64,000 nt of DNA. Source: Mobula hypostoma. Taxonomy: Eukaryota. Below are positions 12,300-25,784 of this stretch, one piece after another. Within the stretch, counting starts at the first letter, position 1, and each line of letters begins with the position of its first letter. Below the pieces are notes generated by a model, which saw nothing but the letters and a program-made list of their open reading frames with translations, was not told the origin of the DNA and ran no database searches. A program made the position numbers and the translations under genes. The stretch covers positions 30,506,001-30,570,000 of the forward strand of contig NC_086108.1 of assembly GCF_963921235.1 (NCBI RefSeq). Reading direction: 5' to 3'.

Positions 12300-14815
12300 G
12301 ACCAAAACACTAATCCATCCTACCTATATCACGTCCATATCCCTCCATCTTCCTTCCATCCATGTGCCCATCCAAATGTTTCTTAAAAGCCTCTGCCACC
12401 AGACCAGGCAGCGCATTCCAGGCATCCACCGCTCTCTGAGTAAAAAACTTCCCCTCGCACCCCCCTTGAACCTACCCCTTCTCACCATCAATGCATACCC
12501 TCTGGTATTAGACATTTCAACCCTGGTAAACAGATACTTCCTGTCCACTCTATCTATGCCTCTCACAATCTTGTAAACCCCTATCGGATCTCCCCTCAGC
12601 CTCCAGCACTCAGAGAAATCAACCCAAGTTTATCCAGCCTCTTATGATAGCACATGCCCTCTAAACTAGGCAACATCCTGGTAAACCTCTTCTGCACCCT
12701 CTCCAAAGCCTCAACATCCTTCCTATAGTGGGGTGATCAGAACTGTATGCAATACTCCAGATGTGACCCAACTAGAGTTCTATAAAGTTGCAAAATATTC
12801 TCCTGGCTTTTGAACTTAGTGCCTTCACTAATAAAAGCAAGCATTCTCTAAGCTTCTTAACACCTTCTCGACCTGTGTAACCACTCTCAAGGAGCTATGA
12901 ACTTGGATCCCCAGACTTCTCTGCTCAGCAACACTGTGAAGGACCTTGCATTTGCCCAACTGAGGTGCAACACCTTACATTTATCTGAGCTAAGTTCCAT
13001 CTGCCATTTCTCAGCTCATATCTACAATTGATCTATACCATGCTGTATTCTTTGGCAGTTTTCAGCACTATCCACAACTCCACCAATCTTGGTATCATCT
13101 GCAAATTTACTAACCCACCCACCTACATTTTTATCCAGGTCATTTATATACATTACAAACAGCAGAAGTTCCAGCACAGATCCCTGCAGAACTCCACTAA
13201 TTACAGACCTCCAGCTTGGATGTCCCTTCAAACACTACCCTCTATCTTCTATGCGCAAGCCAGGTCTGAATCCAAACAGCCAAATTGGCACAGATGCCAT
13301 GCATCTTAGTCTTCTGCATTGGCCTCCCATGAGAGACTTTATCAAGCGCCTCACTAAAATCCACGTAGACAACTTTCACTGCTCTACCTTCATCAATCTC
13401 TCTTGTCATCTTGTCAAAAAACTCAGTCAAGTTGGTAAGGCATGACCTGCTATGCATAAAGTTATGCTCGCTCTCCCTAATTAGGCAATGGGTTTCCAAA
13501 TCTCATATAATCTATCCCTAAGAATTTTCTCCAGAAGTTTCCCTGCAACTGATGTGAGACTCACTGGTCTATAGTTCCCAGAATTTTCCCTTGTTCCCTT
13601 CTTAAATAGTGGTACCACATTAGCCACTCACCAGTCCTCCAGGACCTCACTTGTGTCTAGAGAGGACACAAAGGTGCAGGTCAAGGGCCCAGCAATCTCG
13701 TCTCTTGCCTCACTCAATAACCTGGGGTAAATCCCATCAGGCCCTGGGAACTTATGCACCTTGACACTCATTAGGAGGCCCAATACTTCCTCCTCCTTGA
13801 CCTCTGAGTGTATTTATACACTCAGCATGAATTTCCTGGTCCTTCACATCTTTTTCCTTGGTAAATACTGAAGCAAGGTACTCATTAAGTACCTCATCAT
13901 TCACATTCTCCGCATCCAAGCAAATGTTCCTCCCTTTATCCTTGGGTGGTCCTACTCTCTCCCTAGTTATCCTCTTGCTCTTGATGTAGGTATAGAATGC
14001 TTTGGGATTCACCTTTATTATACTTGCCAAGGACTTTTCATGGCCCCTTCTGGCTTTGCTCATTCCCCCCTTTAGTTCTTCTCTAGCTTCTTTATACTCC
14101 TCATGTGCTTTGACTGATCCTAACTTCTGAAGCTTTGCATACTTTTCCTTTTTCTTATTGATTAAGTTCATCAGCTCTCTGGACAACCAGGCTTCTCTTA
14201 CCTTTCCATCGCCATCCTTTCTTCTCTCAGGAACATGCCTTTCCTGTGCCCTCTATTATCTGACATAGACTTGCCAGAGGAAAAGTATTCTCAATGAATG
14301 CTTCTTAGTTTCTGCCTAATGCCGTCATAATTTGCCCTACTCCATTTTAAAACCCTCCCACAAGGACTATACCTATCCTTATCTATAGCTATCCTGAAAG
14401 TTAAGGAGTCGTGGCCACTGTTCACCCACTAAAAGGTCAATCACCTAGACAGGCTCATTACCCAACACCAGGTTGAGTAAAGCCCCAGCTCTTGTTGGAT
14501 TGTCCACATATTAGTTTAAGAAACTCTCCTGGATACATTAAAAAAATTCTGCCCCATCTAACCTCCCTACACTAAGAAGGTCCTGGTTTATATTAGGAAA
14601 GTTGAAATCCCCCTTGCCAACAACCCTATTATTTTTACACATTTCTTTAATCTGATTATATGTCTGTTTTTCAATGGCCCGGTGGCTACTGGGGGATCGG
14701 CAGTACAATCCCATCAGTGTGATTGCACCCTTTCTATTCCTGAGTTTCACCCAAATGGACTCAGTGTCTGACCCCTGCATTATTCTCCCCTGAGCGCAGC
14801 TGCAATATTGTCCTT
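12300..14815 (-). mobile_element. CR1 LINE, decayed (endonuclease to 3' UTR)
   Basis: ORF pieces GDFNFPNIN, SCLTNLTEFF, QGSVL..KFADDTKIGG, TRGYALMV. Confidence 0.9.
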
Positions 14816-15442
14816 GATTTGTAGTGCAACTCCTCCCTGTGTATCAATATATATGTTATCCAAGTATCAATACATATGTTTCTCATGGATCAATGCATAT
14901 ACACCAGGAGTATTAACCTCACACTTTAAAGGTGACATACATTGTGTTTTATTGCACTACTTAGGGTGTGCTGACTTAGTGGAATCAAGCTTGCTGCTGA
15001 CCTCTCGGTCATGTCAAATCAATCACTGACTTTTTTATGAAGCTAGGTCAGCCACTGAATGCTTGGGGTTGGGTGGGGATGATGGTCTCTAAACCAAAAG
15101 TGTATGAGTACAAAGGTGCAAGACTGGAGGGTCAGAATGGATCTAAAGAGGAATTACTTGTGGTTGAAATCTGGAGTATCATGTCCAAAGAGGTGGTGAA
15201 GCCTGGTATGTTCACAGCATTTAAGAGGCATTTAGATCATCCTCGAATTGCCAAGGCAATGAGGGATACAGACCAATTGTAGATAATGGGAATGGTAGAG
15301 GAAGGCACAACGGTCAGCATGGATTATGATGGGCCAAAGGGGCTCTTTCTACGCTGCACGGCTCTATACTCCATGAAGCCATAAAAGTAATTGACCAATG
15401 CAAGAAAACAAAGCCAGAACTGTTGGTAAAACCACATCAGGA

Positions 15443-15575
15443 GAAGATGGTGGCGCGACGCAGGGCACGCAGCAGCTCCGAAATGGTATCGTATCTGTAA
15501 GTAGGTGCCATGCACAATCCTGATTTGATGGAGACAGACGTGAGAAGCACAGAGGAACATCTGGAGAAACTTCTG
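15443..15575 (+). mobile_element. 5'-only fragment of the 7768-10036 retroposon family
   Basis: AAGATGG..TGCACAATCCTGATTTGATGGAGACAGACGTGA..GGAACATCTGGAGAAACTTCTG matches reverse complement of 9901-10032. Confidence 0.8.
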
Positions 15576-15929
15576 CCATTCTCTAATTTAAAGCATGACT
15601 TTTAACACTATGTAAAATGTCAGAATGTCTGATGGTGTTGCGGGGGGGACTGTGATAGTAAGTAGGTGGTGGTAAAATGAGGGCATTTGAAACATGAATG
15701 AGAATTTTAACGCATTGCTTACTTGGGAGCCAATTGACAGCACAAACATCATACATGAATAGGACATGGCTGAGTTTGGACAGCAGTAATAGAAATAAGA
15801 GTATTTAAACAAATAGCATAGAGAAGGGGAATCTAGCTGCAGCCTGTTATTAGGGCATCGGACGGGGCAGGTTACAGAAGTTTGTGCAGATGACTGCTAT
15901 GCATCTTGTGATCGCAATGCCATGAGTTT

Positions 15930-16490
15930 CAAAGTAAATATGAAAAAAAGATTGTTCTGGTCCTCAGACTGAGATTCTAAATTGGAGAAATGCCAATTTT
16001 GATGGTATCAGAAAGGATCAGGCAAGTGTGGACTGGGTCAGGCTGTTTCCTGGCAAAGGTGTACTTGGTAAATATACAAAAAGATACGTCATGTCCACAG
16101 GCTGAGATACTAAATAGGAGAAATTACTTCAAAAGTGAAATTTTGAGGGTACTAAGTTTGTATGTGCCTATCAGACTTTTGTGTTTGTATTTACTCAGGC
16201 GACGGACGCAGAATCTATAGAAGTAGGGCAAAATCGCATCAACTTCATGGACTCTATACAGATTACAGAGGCAAAGGTTTTTGCAAGGCAAATTAGAGTG
16301 AATAAATCCCTAAGGCCGGACAAAATGTTTGCGCAGACCCTGCACGAAGGAAGTGCAGAAATTGCCAGAGCCCAGCAGAGATATTTAAATGATCCTTAGC
16401 GACAGGCGAGAAAGGCTCTAAAAATACACCTGGAAAATAAAGCCCACAGGGATCAGTGCTGGGTCCGTTGTTGTTTGTCATCTATATTGA
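15930..16490 (+). mobile_element. Fragmented CR1 remnants
   Basis: IRVNKSLRPDKMF and GGATCAGTGCTGGGTCCGTTGTTGTTTG (GSVLGPLLF) pieces joined by deletions. Confidence 0.7.
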
Positions 16491-16563
16491 TGCCCATACC
16501 ATAGCCAAATCACATTTCTCCATGCTGCCATTGACTAGCCTTCAGCATGTTCTAACCCAGTGT

Positions 16564-16765
16564 GACACAAGAGAACCTGGAAATGCTGAGACTTGGAGGG
16601 AAAAACAAGTCATTGGAGGGACTCAGCGAGTTAAACATCACTTATGGAAGCAAAAGGATGGTAGATGTTTCAGTTCAGCACCCTGCAACAGGGCCAAAAT
16701 ATTAACTATTTGCTTGGCCCACAGATGCTGCTTGACTCCCTGAGTTTCTCCCACAGTTTGTTTCT
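16564..16765. mobile_element. Old palindromic Penelope-terminus-derived element
   Basis: Degenerate version of 7100-7311 layout (GGAGGGACTCAG.. / ..GATGCTGCTTGACTCCCTGAGTTTCTCC). Confidence 0.55.
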
Positions 16766-17794
16766 GTTGTGCTCAAACCTAATGTGAAATTATTTTTCCA
16801 ACATTAGAATAAACCACAGACAAATATGCTTTGAAATGGCCAGGTGTATATTTTAGTTAGGCATATGCATGGAGGCTCAGGACTTTTCATTTTGGCAGTG
16901 TATTAAAATGCAGAATGCAGGTGGTTTAATAACGTGTATGAATAGGTAATTTTTGTAAGAGACAAACAAAATATGTGACAGTAAAAAAAAATGGATCAGA
17001 TGAATGGGAGTACTTCAATAACAAATGACGCAGTTGTAATGGCATGTAGAAGATTATGTCAGCTAAGTTGATAAGTATTGCATATGTTCTCTTGGAATTT
17101 CCCTTTTAAAATCAGGGAGGTTAAACTGTTATTTTCTTAAACTTACACAAAAAATTGTGACACTTACAAGTGAGTACACAACACAGGCAGCAGTCCTAAT
17201 ACACTAATTTTTTTTGAGATCTGAGCCTCATTGAGCTGTAGATACTTCCCCTCGCTAATTGATCTTCAGAAGGTGAGTGATGAACTATTGTAGTCCTGGT
17301 GCTGAGCGGACGGCAAATCAATGACGATGATCAACTGGTAATATGTTTCCAAGTCAGGAAGGCATGTGATTTGGAAGGGAATGTGCAGATGATGGGACAT
17401 GCTACCATTGTCTTCTTGAAGGTAGTGGTAGCAAGTTAGGGAGCAGCTGTCAGAAATACCTGGCCAGGTAAATGTTTGTGAATTCTGTACACGCTGCAAT
17501 TAACATGCACTCATGACAGTGGGAATAAATATATAAGATGCTTGCTGGGTGCCTGTCAAGTGGGCTGTTTTATCCTGGATGGTGTCGAGCTCTTTGAAAC
17601 CACATTCATACAGTTGATGAAAGTGCTTCATCGAACAGAAGAAAGAGTTTGCAATATCAGGAGGTGAATTGCTCACCACAGCATCTGGTCTGCCCTTGCA
17701 GTCACAGTATCTGTATGGCTGATCCAGGGTAATTTCAGATTGTTGGTAATCCTCGCATGAGAATGGCAGGACAATGAATATCCAATTGAAAAGG

Positions 17795-20716
17795 GAAGGT
17801 GTGCACCCGTGGCTGACGAGGGAAATTAGGGATAGTATCAATTCCAAAGAAGAAACATACAAATTAGCCAGAAAAAGCAGCACACCTGAGGACTGGGAGA
17901 AATTCAGAGACCAGCAGAGGAGGACAAAGGGCTTAATTAGGAAATGGAAAAAAGATTATGAGAGAAAGCTGGCAGGGAACATAAAAACTGACTGTAAGAG
18001 CTTTTATAGATATGTGAAAAGAAAAAGATTGGTTAAAACAAATGTAGGTCTCTTACAGTCAGAAACAGGTGAATAGATCATGGGGAACAAGGACATGGCT
18101 GACCAAATGAATAACTACTTCGGTTCTGTCTTCACTAAGGGGGACATAAATAATCTTCCGGAAATAGTAGGGGACTGAGGGTCTAGTGAGATGGAGGAAC
18201 TGAGGGAAATGCATGCTAGCAGGGAAGTGGGGTTAGGTAAATTGAAGGGTGTTACGTACCCCGTAACTGGGTTGCCAAACCAGCAGAAATGGATCACTCA
18301 GTTGGAGTCTGGAGTACTAGAACTAAGAAAGTTTTATTAAAGAAACAAGCAACACATTAATCGAAAGGATAATAAATGCAACAGTTCAGCGATGATAAAC
18401 GCACATGTGCACAGAATTAAGATAACAGCATCAATCAAGCTCTATCGTTGTCTAGGGGTTAAATGACCAATTTCAAAATGACTCAAAGTTCAGTCCAGTT
18501 TGTAGTTCAGTTCGCAGTAATCGTTGCCATGGCGATGGACAACGTGGGGGAAGAGAGAGATAGAATAGGAACAACTGATCATTCAGAACACTGCTTCACT
18601 CACAGACCAGCGGGATGGCTCACAAACAGCTTTTGGGCGGGTCCTTGGTGATGTCACCTGAGGTCACCGACTGTGACCCCTCCTCCAGATGCGGTCGATC
18701 CTCTGCAGTGAACCCGGCACCCAGGCAAGGGCGGACACACACCGGGTTCCCGCTGATCGTACCTTTCCACCCTGTGCGTTGTCCGGTACTTCTCACCACT
18801 CGTGAGAGGCGCACCGCTTCCAGGGTCTCGTTACCTCGGGTGGCGTGTGTGTCTGTCTTAGCGAACCTGTCCCTTTTTATCCCCCTGCTGGGGTATCGCC
18901 TGTCCATCACTTCAAACAGTTCAGGGTTCAAAGGGGGGAGCCGCTCCAGACAGCTCTTCCTCCCACATCCCTTCATTACACATCTCCAGACGCTGCTCCA
19001 TTGTTCCTTATCTCTCCTTCCCCTGAGGGCAGGTGGCAGACCAACTGCTGATGCCACTGATGCTAGCCCAGGCCAGCAAACATCTTAATTTTATGTGTAT
19101 TCTCGTAACAAGGGATTGAAGGCAGATAAATCCCCAGGGCCAGATGGTCTGCATCCCAGAGTGCTTAAGGAAGTAGCCCAAGAAATAGTGGATGCATTAG
19201 TGATAATTTTTCAAAACTCTTTAGATTCTGGATTAGTTCCTGAGGATTGGAGGATGGCTAATGTAACCCCGCTTTTTAAAAAAGGAGGGAGATAGAAACC
19301 GGGGAATTAAAGACTGGTTAGACTAGTATCGGTGGTAGGGAAAATGCTAGGGTCAGTTATCAAAGATGTGATAACAGCACATTTGGAAAGCGGTGAAATC
19401 ATCGGACAAAGTCAGCATGGATTTGTGAAAGGAAAATCATGTCTGACGAATCTCATAGAATTTTTTGAAGATGTAACTAGTAGAGTGTATAGGGGAGAAC
19501 CAGTGGATGTGGTATATTTGGATTTTCAAAAGGCTTTTGACAAGGTCCCACACAGGAGATTAGTGTGCAAACTTAAAGCACACGGTATTGGGGGTACGGT
19601 ATTGATGTGGATAGAGAATTGGTTGGCAGACAGGAAGCAAAGAGTGGGAATAAACGGGACCTTTTCAGAATGGCAGGCGGTGACTAGTGGGGTACCGCAA
19701 GGCTCAGTGCTGGGACCCCAGTTGTTTACAATATATATTAATGACTTAGACGAGGGAATTAAATGCAGCATCTCCAAGTTTGCGGATGACACGAAGCTGG
19801 GCGGCAGTGTTAGCTGTGAGGAGGATGCTAAGAGGATGCAGGGTGACTTGGATAGGTTAGGTGAGTGGGCAAATTCATGGCAGATGCAATTTAATGTGGA
19901 TAAATGTGAGGTTATCCACTTTGGTGGCAAAAACAGGAAAACAGGTTATTATCTGAATGTGGCTGATTAGGAAAAGGGGAGGTGCAACAAGACCTGGGTG
20001 TCATTATACACCAGTCATTGAAAGTGGGCATGCAGGTACAGCAGGCGGTGAAAAAGGCGAATGGTATGCTGGCATTTATAGCGAGAGGATTCGAGTACAG
20101 GAGCAGGGAGGTTCTACTGCAGTTGTACAAGGCCTTGGTGAGACCACACCTGGAGTATTGTGTGCAGTTTTGGTCCCCTAATCTTAGGGAAGACATTCTT
20201 GCCATAAAGGGAGTACAAAGAAGGTTCACCAGATTGTTTCCGGGGATGGCAGGACTTTCATATGATGAAAGACTGGATCGACTAGGCTTATACTCATTGG
20301 AATTTAGAAGATTGAAGGGGGATCTTATTGAAACATGTAAAATTCTAAAGGGATTGGACAGGTTAGATGCAGGAAGATTGTTCCTGATGTTGGGGAAGTC
20401 CAGAACGAGGGGTCACAGTTTAAGGATAAAGGGGAAGCCTTTTAGGACCGAGATGAGGAAAAACTTCTTCACACAGGGAGTGGTGAATCTGTGGAATTCT
20501 CTGCTACAGGAAACAGTTGAGGCCAGTTCATTGGCTATATTTAAGAGGGAGTTAGATATGGCCCTTGTGGCTAAAGGGATCAGGGGGTATGGAGAGAAGG
20601 CAGGTACAGGGTTCTGAGTTGGATGATCAGCCTTGATCATACTGAATGGCGGTCCAGGCTCGAAGGGCCAAATGGCCCACTCCTGCACCTATTTTCTATG
20701 TTTCTATGTTTCTATG
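17795..20716 (+). mobile_element. Young 5'-truncated CR1 LINE (ORF2 pseudogene) with (TTTCTATG)n tail
   Basis: ORFs 17774-18076, 19095-19295, 19332-19970 (YLDFQKAFDKVPH, PQGSVLGP, FADD), 19982-20617; interrupted by solo LTR. Confidence 0.95.
18250..19110 (-). mobile_element. Solo LTR (Gypsy-like), 861 bp
   Basis: TGTTACG...CGTAACA ends, 4-bp TSD AGGG (18246-18249/19111-19114), minus-strand AATAAA near 18333; CR1 sequence rejoins across it. Confidence 0.88.
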
Positions 20717-20820
20717 AATGTAAAGGATATGTTTTTAGAATCACTCTTGAAGATGCTACTGTCTAGCACTTCAGGGGTGTGAATGTTATTTGCCACTTAT
20801 ATTCCAATGCCTGAAAAGTT

Positions 20821-21933
20821 AGATAAATAGATAGATATTATATTGATCCCAAAGGAAATTTCCATGTCACAGTTGCATTACAAGTGTACAGATATACAAA
20901 TATCAGGAGAGAAGTAAGAAAGAATAAAAAATAAGGTACCTCAAACAGTCCAACAGGAGGGGGGGGGGTCATCACTTTCCCGGCTATAGGTTGACTCATT
21001 ATAAAGCCTTATGACCGAGGGTAAGGGTGACCTCATGTAGTGCTCTTTGGAGCAGCGCGATTGTCTTTCTGTCACTAAGTGTTCACAGTCAAGGTGGCAT
21101 GCAAAAGGTAAGAAACATTGTCCAGAATTACCAGGACTTTCTGTAGGGTCCTTTGTTCTATGGCAGTCTCCAGTGCATCCTATAACTCCTATAACAGAGC
21201 CAGACTTTCTAATTAGTTTATTGAGCCTGTTGACATCACCCATGTTGATGCCATTGCCCCAGTACACCACCGCATAGAAGATAGTACTGGTGACAACAGT
21301 CTGGTAGAACATGTGAAGGAGAGGCCTACATACTCCACAGGACCTCAGTTTCCTCAGGAAGCAGAGGCAACTCTGGCCCTTCTTGCACACAGCCCCTGTG
21401 TTGGTTCTCCACTCCAGTCTGTCATCCAGGTGCACCCCCAGATACTTGTAGGTCCTCACCACATCCACATCCTCTCCATCAATAGTAACAGGGAGCAGTG
21501 CAGGCTTAGTCCATCACAATGTCTTACTAATATTAAGCTGCAGACGTTCAACTTGTACCATTTGACAAAGTCCTCCACCATCATCCTCCCATTCTTCCTT
21601 TATACACCCAACTATTGCTGAGTCGTCAGAGAATTTCTGCAGATGACATGACTTAGTGTTGTATCTAAAGTCTAAGGTGTGCAGAGTGAACAGGAAGGAA
21701 GCCAATACAATTGCCTGTGGGGCCCCAGCTGTTTATAGCCATGTCTGACACACAGCTCTGAAGCTGTACAAACTGTGGTCTGCTAGTCAGGTAGCCCATT
21801 ATCCAGGATACAATAGAAGTGCCAACCTGCATTGAATGGAGCTTTTCCCCCCAGCAATGAGGGTTGTATGTTAATGAAGGCACCTGAGAAATCAAAAAAT
21901 GTGATCCTCATGATGCTGCCCTGCTTATCCAAA
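20821..21933 (-). mobile_element. Rex1/Babar-type LINE, older subfamily
   Basis: ORFs FFDFSGAF, LQKFSDDSAIVG, YKYLGVHLDDRLEW; (TATC)-type tail. Confidence 0.88.
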
Positions 21934-22026
21934 TGTGAAAATTGTCCAGGTCTCATTATATGCATAGGAAGTCGAGGCTAGTATGTGGGTTAGCAGAGTT
22001 TAGAGCTTGTCAGGATAATTCAAGTT

Positions 22027-22330
22027 CAGTACACCTTATCTGAAATTCCAAAATCCAAAACCTCTGAAATACAAACTTTTTTTAGCACTGACATGATATC
22101 GTAAATGGAAGTCTGCGCACTAGACATTGCTGAGAAATGACTCACGTATGTGATGAACAGAAGTTAATGAAAACTAGAAAAACACTGCATAAAGTGAAAA
22201 ATGACAGCTTTGCTCATGGAAGGGTGATTCATCAGCATCTGTATGCCACAACGGTATGCTGATCATGAAACAAGCAAAAATCTATCACAACAAACAGATA
22301 TTTGAAGGTAGTTGTGAATGTTCTGCAAGC
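22027..22330 (+). mobile_element. Tigger/pogo-like (Tigger4/Zombi-type) DNA transposon remnant
   Basis: Subterminal ATCTGAAATTCCAAAATCC..AAACTTTTTTTAGCACTGACATGA and transposase remnant NGMLIMKQAKIYH. Confidence 0.65.
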
Positions 22331-23049
22331 AGGAGATCTGAGAGATATTTCCTAAACCATTAACAAGAAAATAAGTTAATTGAAGAGAAACTCCATTAGG
22401 TGACAGAGATTTTAGCTAACTGACCAGAAAGCAAGATCCAGTTATAAGAAAAATTGTAATAATGCAAAGAGTGGTTGGGATTTCATTGACCCTATGACAA
22501 GGTATTAGATTTGGACTAGAGTTGTAGCCTTCACAAAAATTACCTGAAGTTGGTATAGGGAAAGAATAGGAGAGTGCAATGTCATGTATTAAGAAAGCAG
22601 CAATAGACTCAATGGAGAACAGCAATCCCCTGTCCTAAGTTGTTCAAATTTGCTAGAAGCAGAGAGGCAGTCAACATCCACTGAAGGAGACCATTAAACG
22701 TCTTTTGGATAGCGTTTTCTCCATCCCACAGCACACTACCTGCTGTAGAGTCAGTGCTACCCCAAACCAGCAAGACACCAAAAAAGACCACCCAGCAGCT
22801 GAGAAAAAGCAACATCTGTGGAGAAGATGACATCTGTGCTTAAGTTTTAAAATATGCCCCAAAAAAGGCATAAATTCAAGACCTTATCTCCCCCGCATGG
22901 ATAGGGAAAAACATGCCAGTGTATAGGTGAGACATTGTAATTGTGACCATATTTGAAAGAGATAATGCTGTAGTTATGGAGGGGACACGGTATATATTCC
23001 ATAACTTTAGTTATGGGGAGTACTAGGTTGAGTCTGAAATGAAAGAGTT

Positions 23050-23350
23050 TTAGTGGGGGAGTTTATGACCAGGAGACACAGTCTCAGAACAGAGGAATGA
23101 CAATCTAGAATGGAGATAAGAAGGAACTTCCTTAGTCAGAGGGTGGTGAGTCTGTGGAAATATTGGCCATAGGCGGATGTGGAGTCCAGGTTGCTGGGTG
23201 TATTTAAGGTGGAGGTAGATAGGCGGATGTTGAGAGGGTGTGAAAGGTTCTGGGGAGAAGGCAAGAGAATATGGATCAACCATGATGAAATGGTGGAGCA
23301 GACTAGATGAGTTGAATGGCCTAATTCTGCTCCTATACTTTATGGTCTAA
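23050..23350 (+). mobile_element. CR1 3' end
   Basis: CAGAGGGTGGTGAGTCTGTGGAA..TGGCCTAATTCTGCTCCTATA..TTATGGTCTA. Confidence 0.8.
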
Positions 23351-24099
23351 ATTGAAGGTTTCTTCGCTGAATGGAATTAAAAGTTGTTCCTTGAAAATTA
23401 TCTCTAAATTATACCCCATCATCTGCCTCTTTGAATAAGAGCAGGAAACACAGCTTATTCACACATTAATTCTAGAGCCTGGGAACAGCTGTTAAGAGAG
23501 GAACACTCTAGAAACAGGAAAAATATTATCGGTCTATGCACTCCTTTCACAGACGACTTGATTGACATTACTTCTCTCCCCTTCTGGGGCCAAAGGTTAT
23601 GTGTGTTGAATTGAGTCTTCCTGGAAGTTGTCAAAAGCCACAAACTTAGAAGTTCCTCCACTTATTTCCCCACTTCAGAGTTTAGCCCTTCTAAAGTAGT
23701 TATTGTCTGCAAAGAGAACATGGATAAGGTAGGAGAGGTTAGTTGTTCTATGTGCTGAAGTAATTAGAATAAATAATTCAGCAGATAATTACAAAGGCCA
23801 TTTTTGGTCTCCCAGTTGTAATTGTGGGCAGGTTGGCACCGTTGTAGATCATGATTTAAAAATGCGACTTTGTGGCTTTCATTGAAGAAGAGAGAGAAAG
23901 AAATTAGGTTAATATTGAGAGCATTGCCAGGAGTAATACATAATATCTGATAATGAATCCCCAACAGAGGACGTTATTATATTGAATGTCTGCTAAGTGG
24001 TTGGACATGGGTAGTATGTCAAAGAAGATGTAAGTGATAACATGCTTTAGTCATTCATGAAATATGGGCAATTTAGATTTACAGGCAATTTAACACACA

Positions 24100-24665
24100 C
24101 ACTAAATGCCCATTTTACTAGGTTGTTCCCAATACATGTCCATTGAGTGTATATTCGTAGACTTCAGCTGCTGTAGCCCATCCACTTCAAGGTTCAATCT
24201 GTTGTGCATTCAGAGATGCTCATCTGTACACCACTGTAGTAGTGTGGTTACGTGCATTACTGACACCTTCCTTTCAGCTTGAATCAGTCTGACCGTTCTG
24301 CTCTGATCTCTCTCATTAATAAGGAGTTTCCATCTACAGAACAGCTGCTCATTGGATGATATTTTTTAGTTTTGGTACCAATCTCTGTAAACTTTAGAGA
24401 CTGTTGTGCATGAAAATTCCAAGGATCAGCAGCCTCTGGGAGAATCAAACCAGCCCATCTGGAAACAATAACTGTTGTACAGTCAGAGTCACTTTATCAT
24501 GTCTCTTCCCCATTCTGATGTTTGGTCTGAACAACTGAACTTCTTGACAAGGTCTGCGTGCTTTTATGGATTGAGTTGCTGCCTCATGTTTAGCTGATTA
24601 GACATTTACATTAATGAGCAGATATACGGGTGTACATGTGTATCTAATGAAATGGCCACTGCATG
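24100..24665. mobile_element. Tc1/mariner-derived non-autonomous element
   Basis: Degenerate TIRs CACTAAATGCCCATTTTACTAGGT / ATCTAATGAAATGGCCACTGCATG-TA. Confidence 0.7.
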
Positions 24666-24799
24666 TATATATAACTGTTGTGCAACACCAATGCAGCAAA
24701 CCACATTTAAATTACCCAACCTCTGTGCTCAACAATGGCTCCTTCAAGCTCATCTGTGGAAACAGCTTAATTTCTATCTTTAATGTCTCCCTTTTCCTT

Positions 24800-25560
24800 T
24801 TCAAGGTGAATGGGCTTCTGTCGAAGGCGCTGACTTAGAGCTACACTCAAACTTCAGTTACTTGCAGTGGTAGGACCTGCACCCGGGGGCTCATGACTGG
24901 CCATTTATCGATATCCCAGGGACGATTTGTGGCCCTGGGGATGAGCCGGTGCTGGTGCAACAGAATGAAATGTCGTTGGAGAAAACAGAACATCAGGAAC
25001 AGCGGATCAGCTTTTGGGGGCTCTGTACTCGGCAAACTGCGCTCTTTCTCTCTCTTTCTCTTCTTGGTGGGGAAAAGTTTGTTGCTGATTCTCGAGTCAA
25101 GGAACTCGGGAAAAAAAGTGACATGACACACTTTTACAGCATAATCAGCGAATTGCCTGTCTTTGTTGGTCTCCCTTCTCACTGTGAAAGGGGGACGCCT
25201 TTTTGTCTCTTTATTTGTGGGAGAGAGAGCCTATGGTATGTTCAATCATTGGGTAAACAATTAGGTTTCATTGTACTGCAGATCATGGTCTTTCTTGGGG
25301 CTTTGCTATTGCTTGGTTGGTAGGTGGAGGCTGCTGATGTTTTTTTTTTGCTGACATAAATGGGTGAGGGGAGGGGCAAACTTTGCTACTATTTGTGTGT
25401 GGGGGATCAGTAGGGCAGTCTTTGGGGTTCTAACATTTTTACCCTGTCACTCATTCTTTGTGACAATCTTCTGTTTTCATGGATGTCTGCGAAGAACAAG
25501 AATTTCAGACTGCATATTGTATATATTCTCTGATGTTAAATGGAACTGTTGAATTATTGA
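24800..25560 (+). mobile_element. Non-coding retroposon with Rex-like 3' tail (third family)
   Basis: 3' end AAGAATTTCAGACTGCATATTGTATA..TGATGTTAAATGGAAC resembles LINE tail at 4550-4625; no coding remnant seen. Confidence 0.5.
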
Positions 25561-25784
25561 TGTCTCCTTAGGACAAAGTAAATTAAGCTATTTCAAAGAT
25601 TAAACTTTTGATCATTTACTGACAATATATCCAAGAGAAAAAATGAAGCATTTCTTTTACAGATTTATGCTGTACTAGGCATGCTACCATTTATATCAGC
25701 CATGAACTTCCATAAGTTCTATTTTTGAGAAAATTGCAATGATCTGGCAGCAGCAAGAGTTAACCAACAATTAATATTTGCTCT

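Larger units (their letters stand above)
17250..21965 (-). mobile_element. Old LINE remnant in three pieces (17250-17790, 20717-20820, 21935-21965) hosting younger insertions
   Basis: Sequence appears to read through across the CR1 and Rex inserts (GCCTGAAAAGTT | GAAAATTGTCCAGGTCT); inferred from my recall of the repeat. Confidence 0.5.

Noticed and set aside
17094..17103. Perfect NF-kB site GGGAAATTCC (minus strand)
   Set aside because: Single 10-mer with no independent support
18615..19088. Antiparallel 157-aa and 145-aa ORFs
   Set aside because: Inside the solo LTR; no homology recognisable
22375..22700. RKQDPVIRKIV peptide hinting at a Gypsy pol remnant
   Set aside because: Too short and degenerate; no catalytic motifs found
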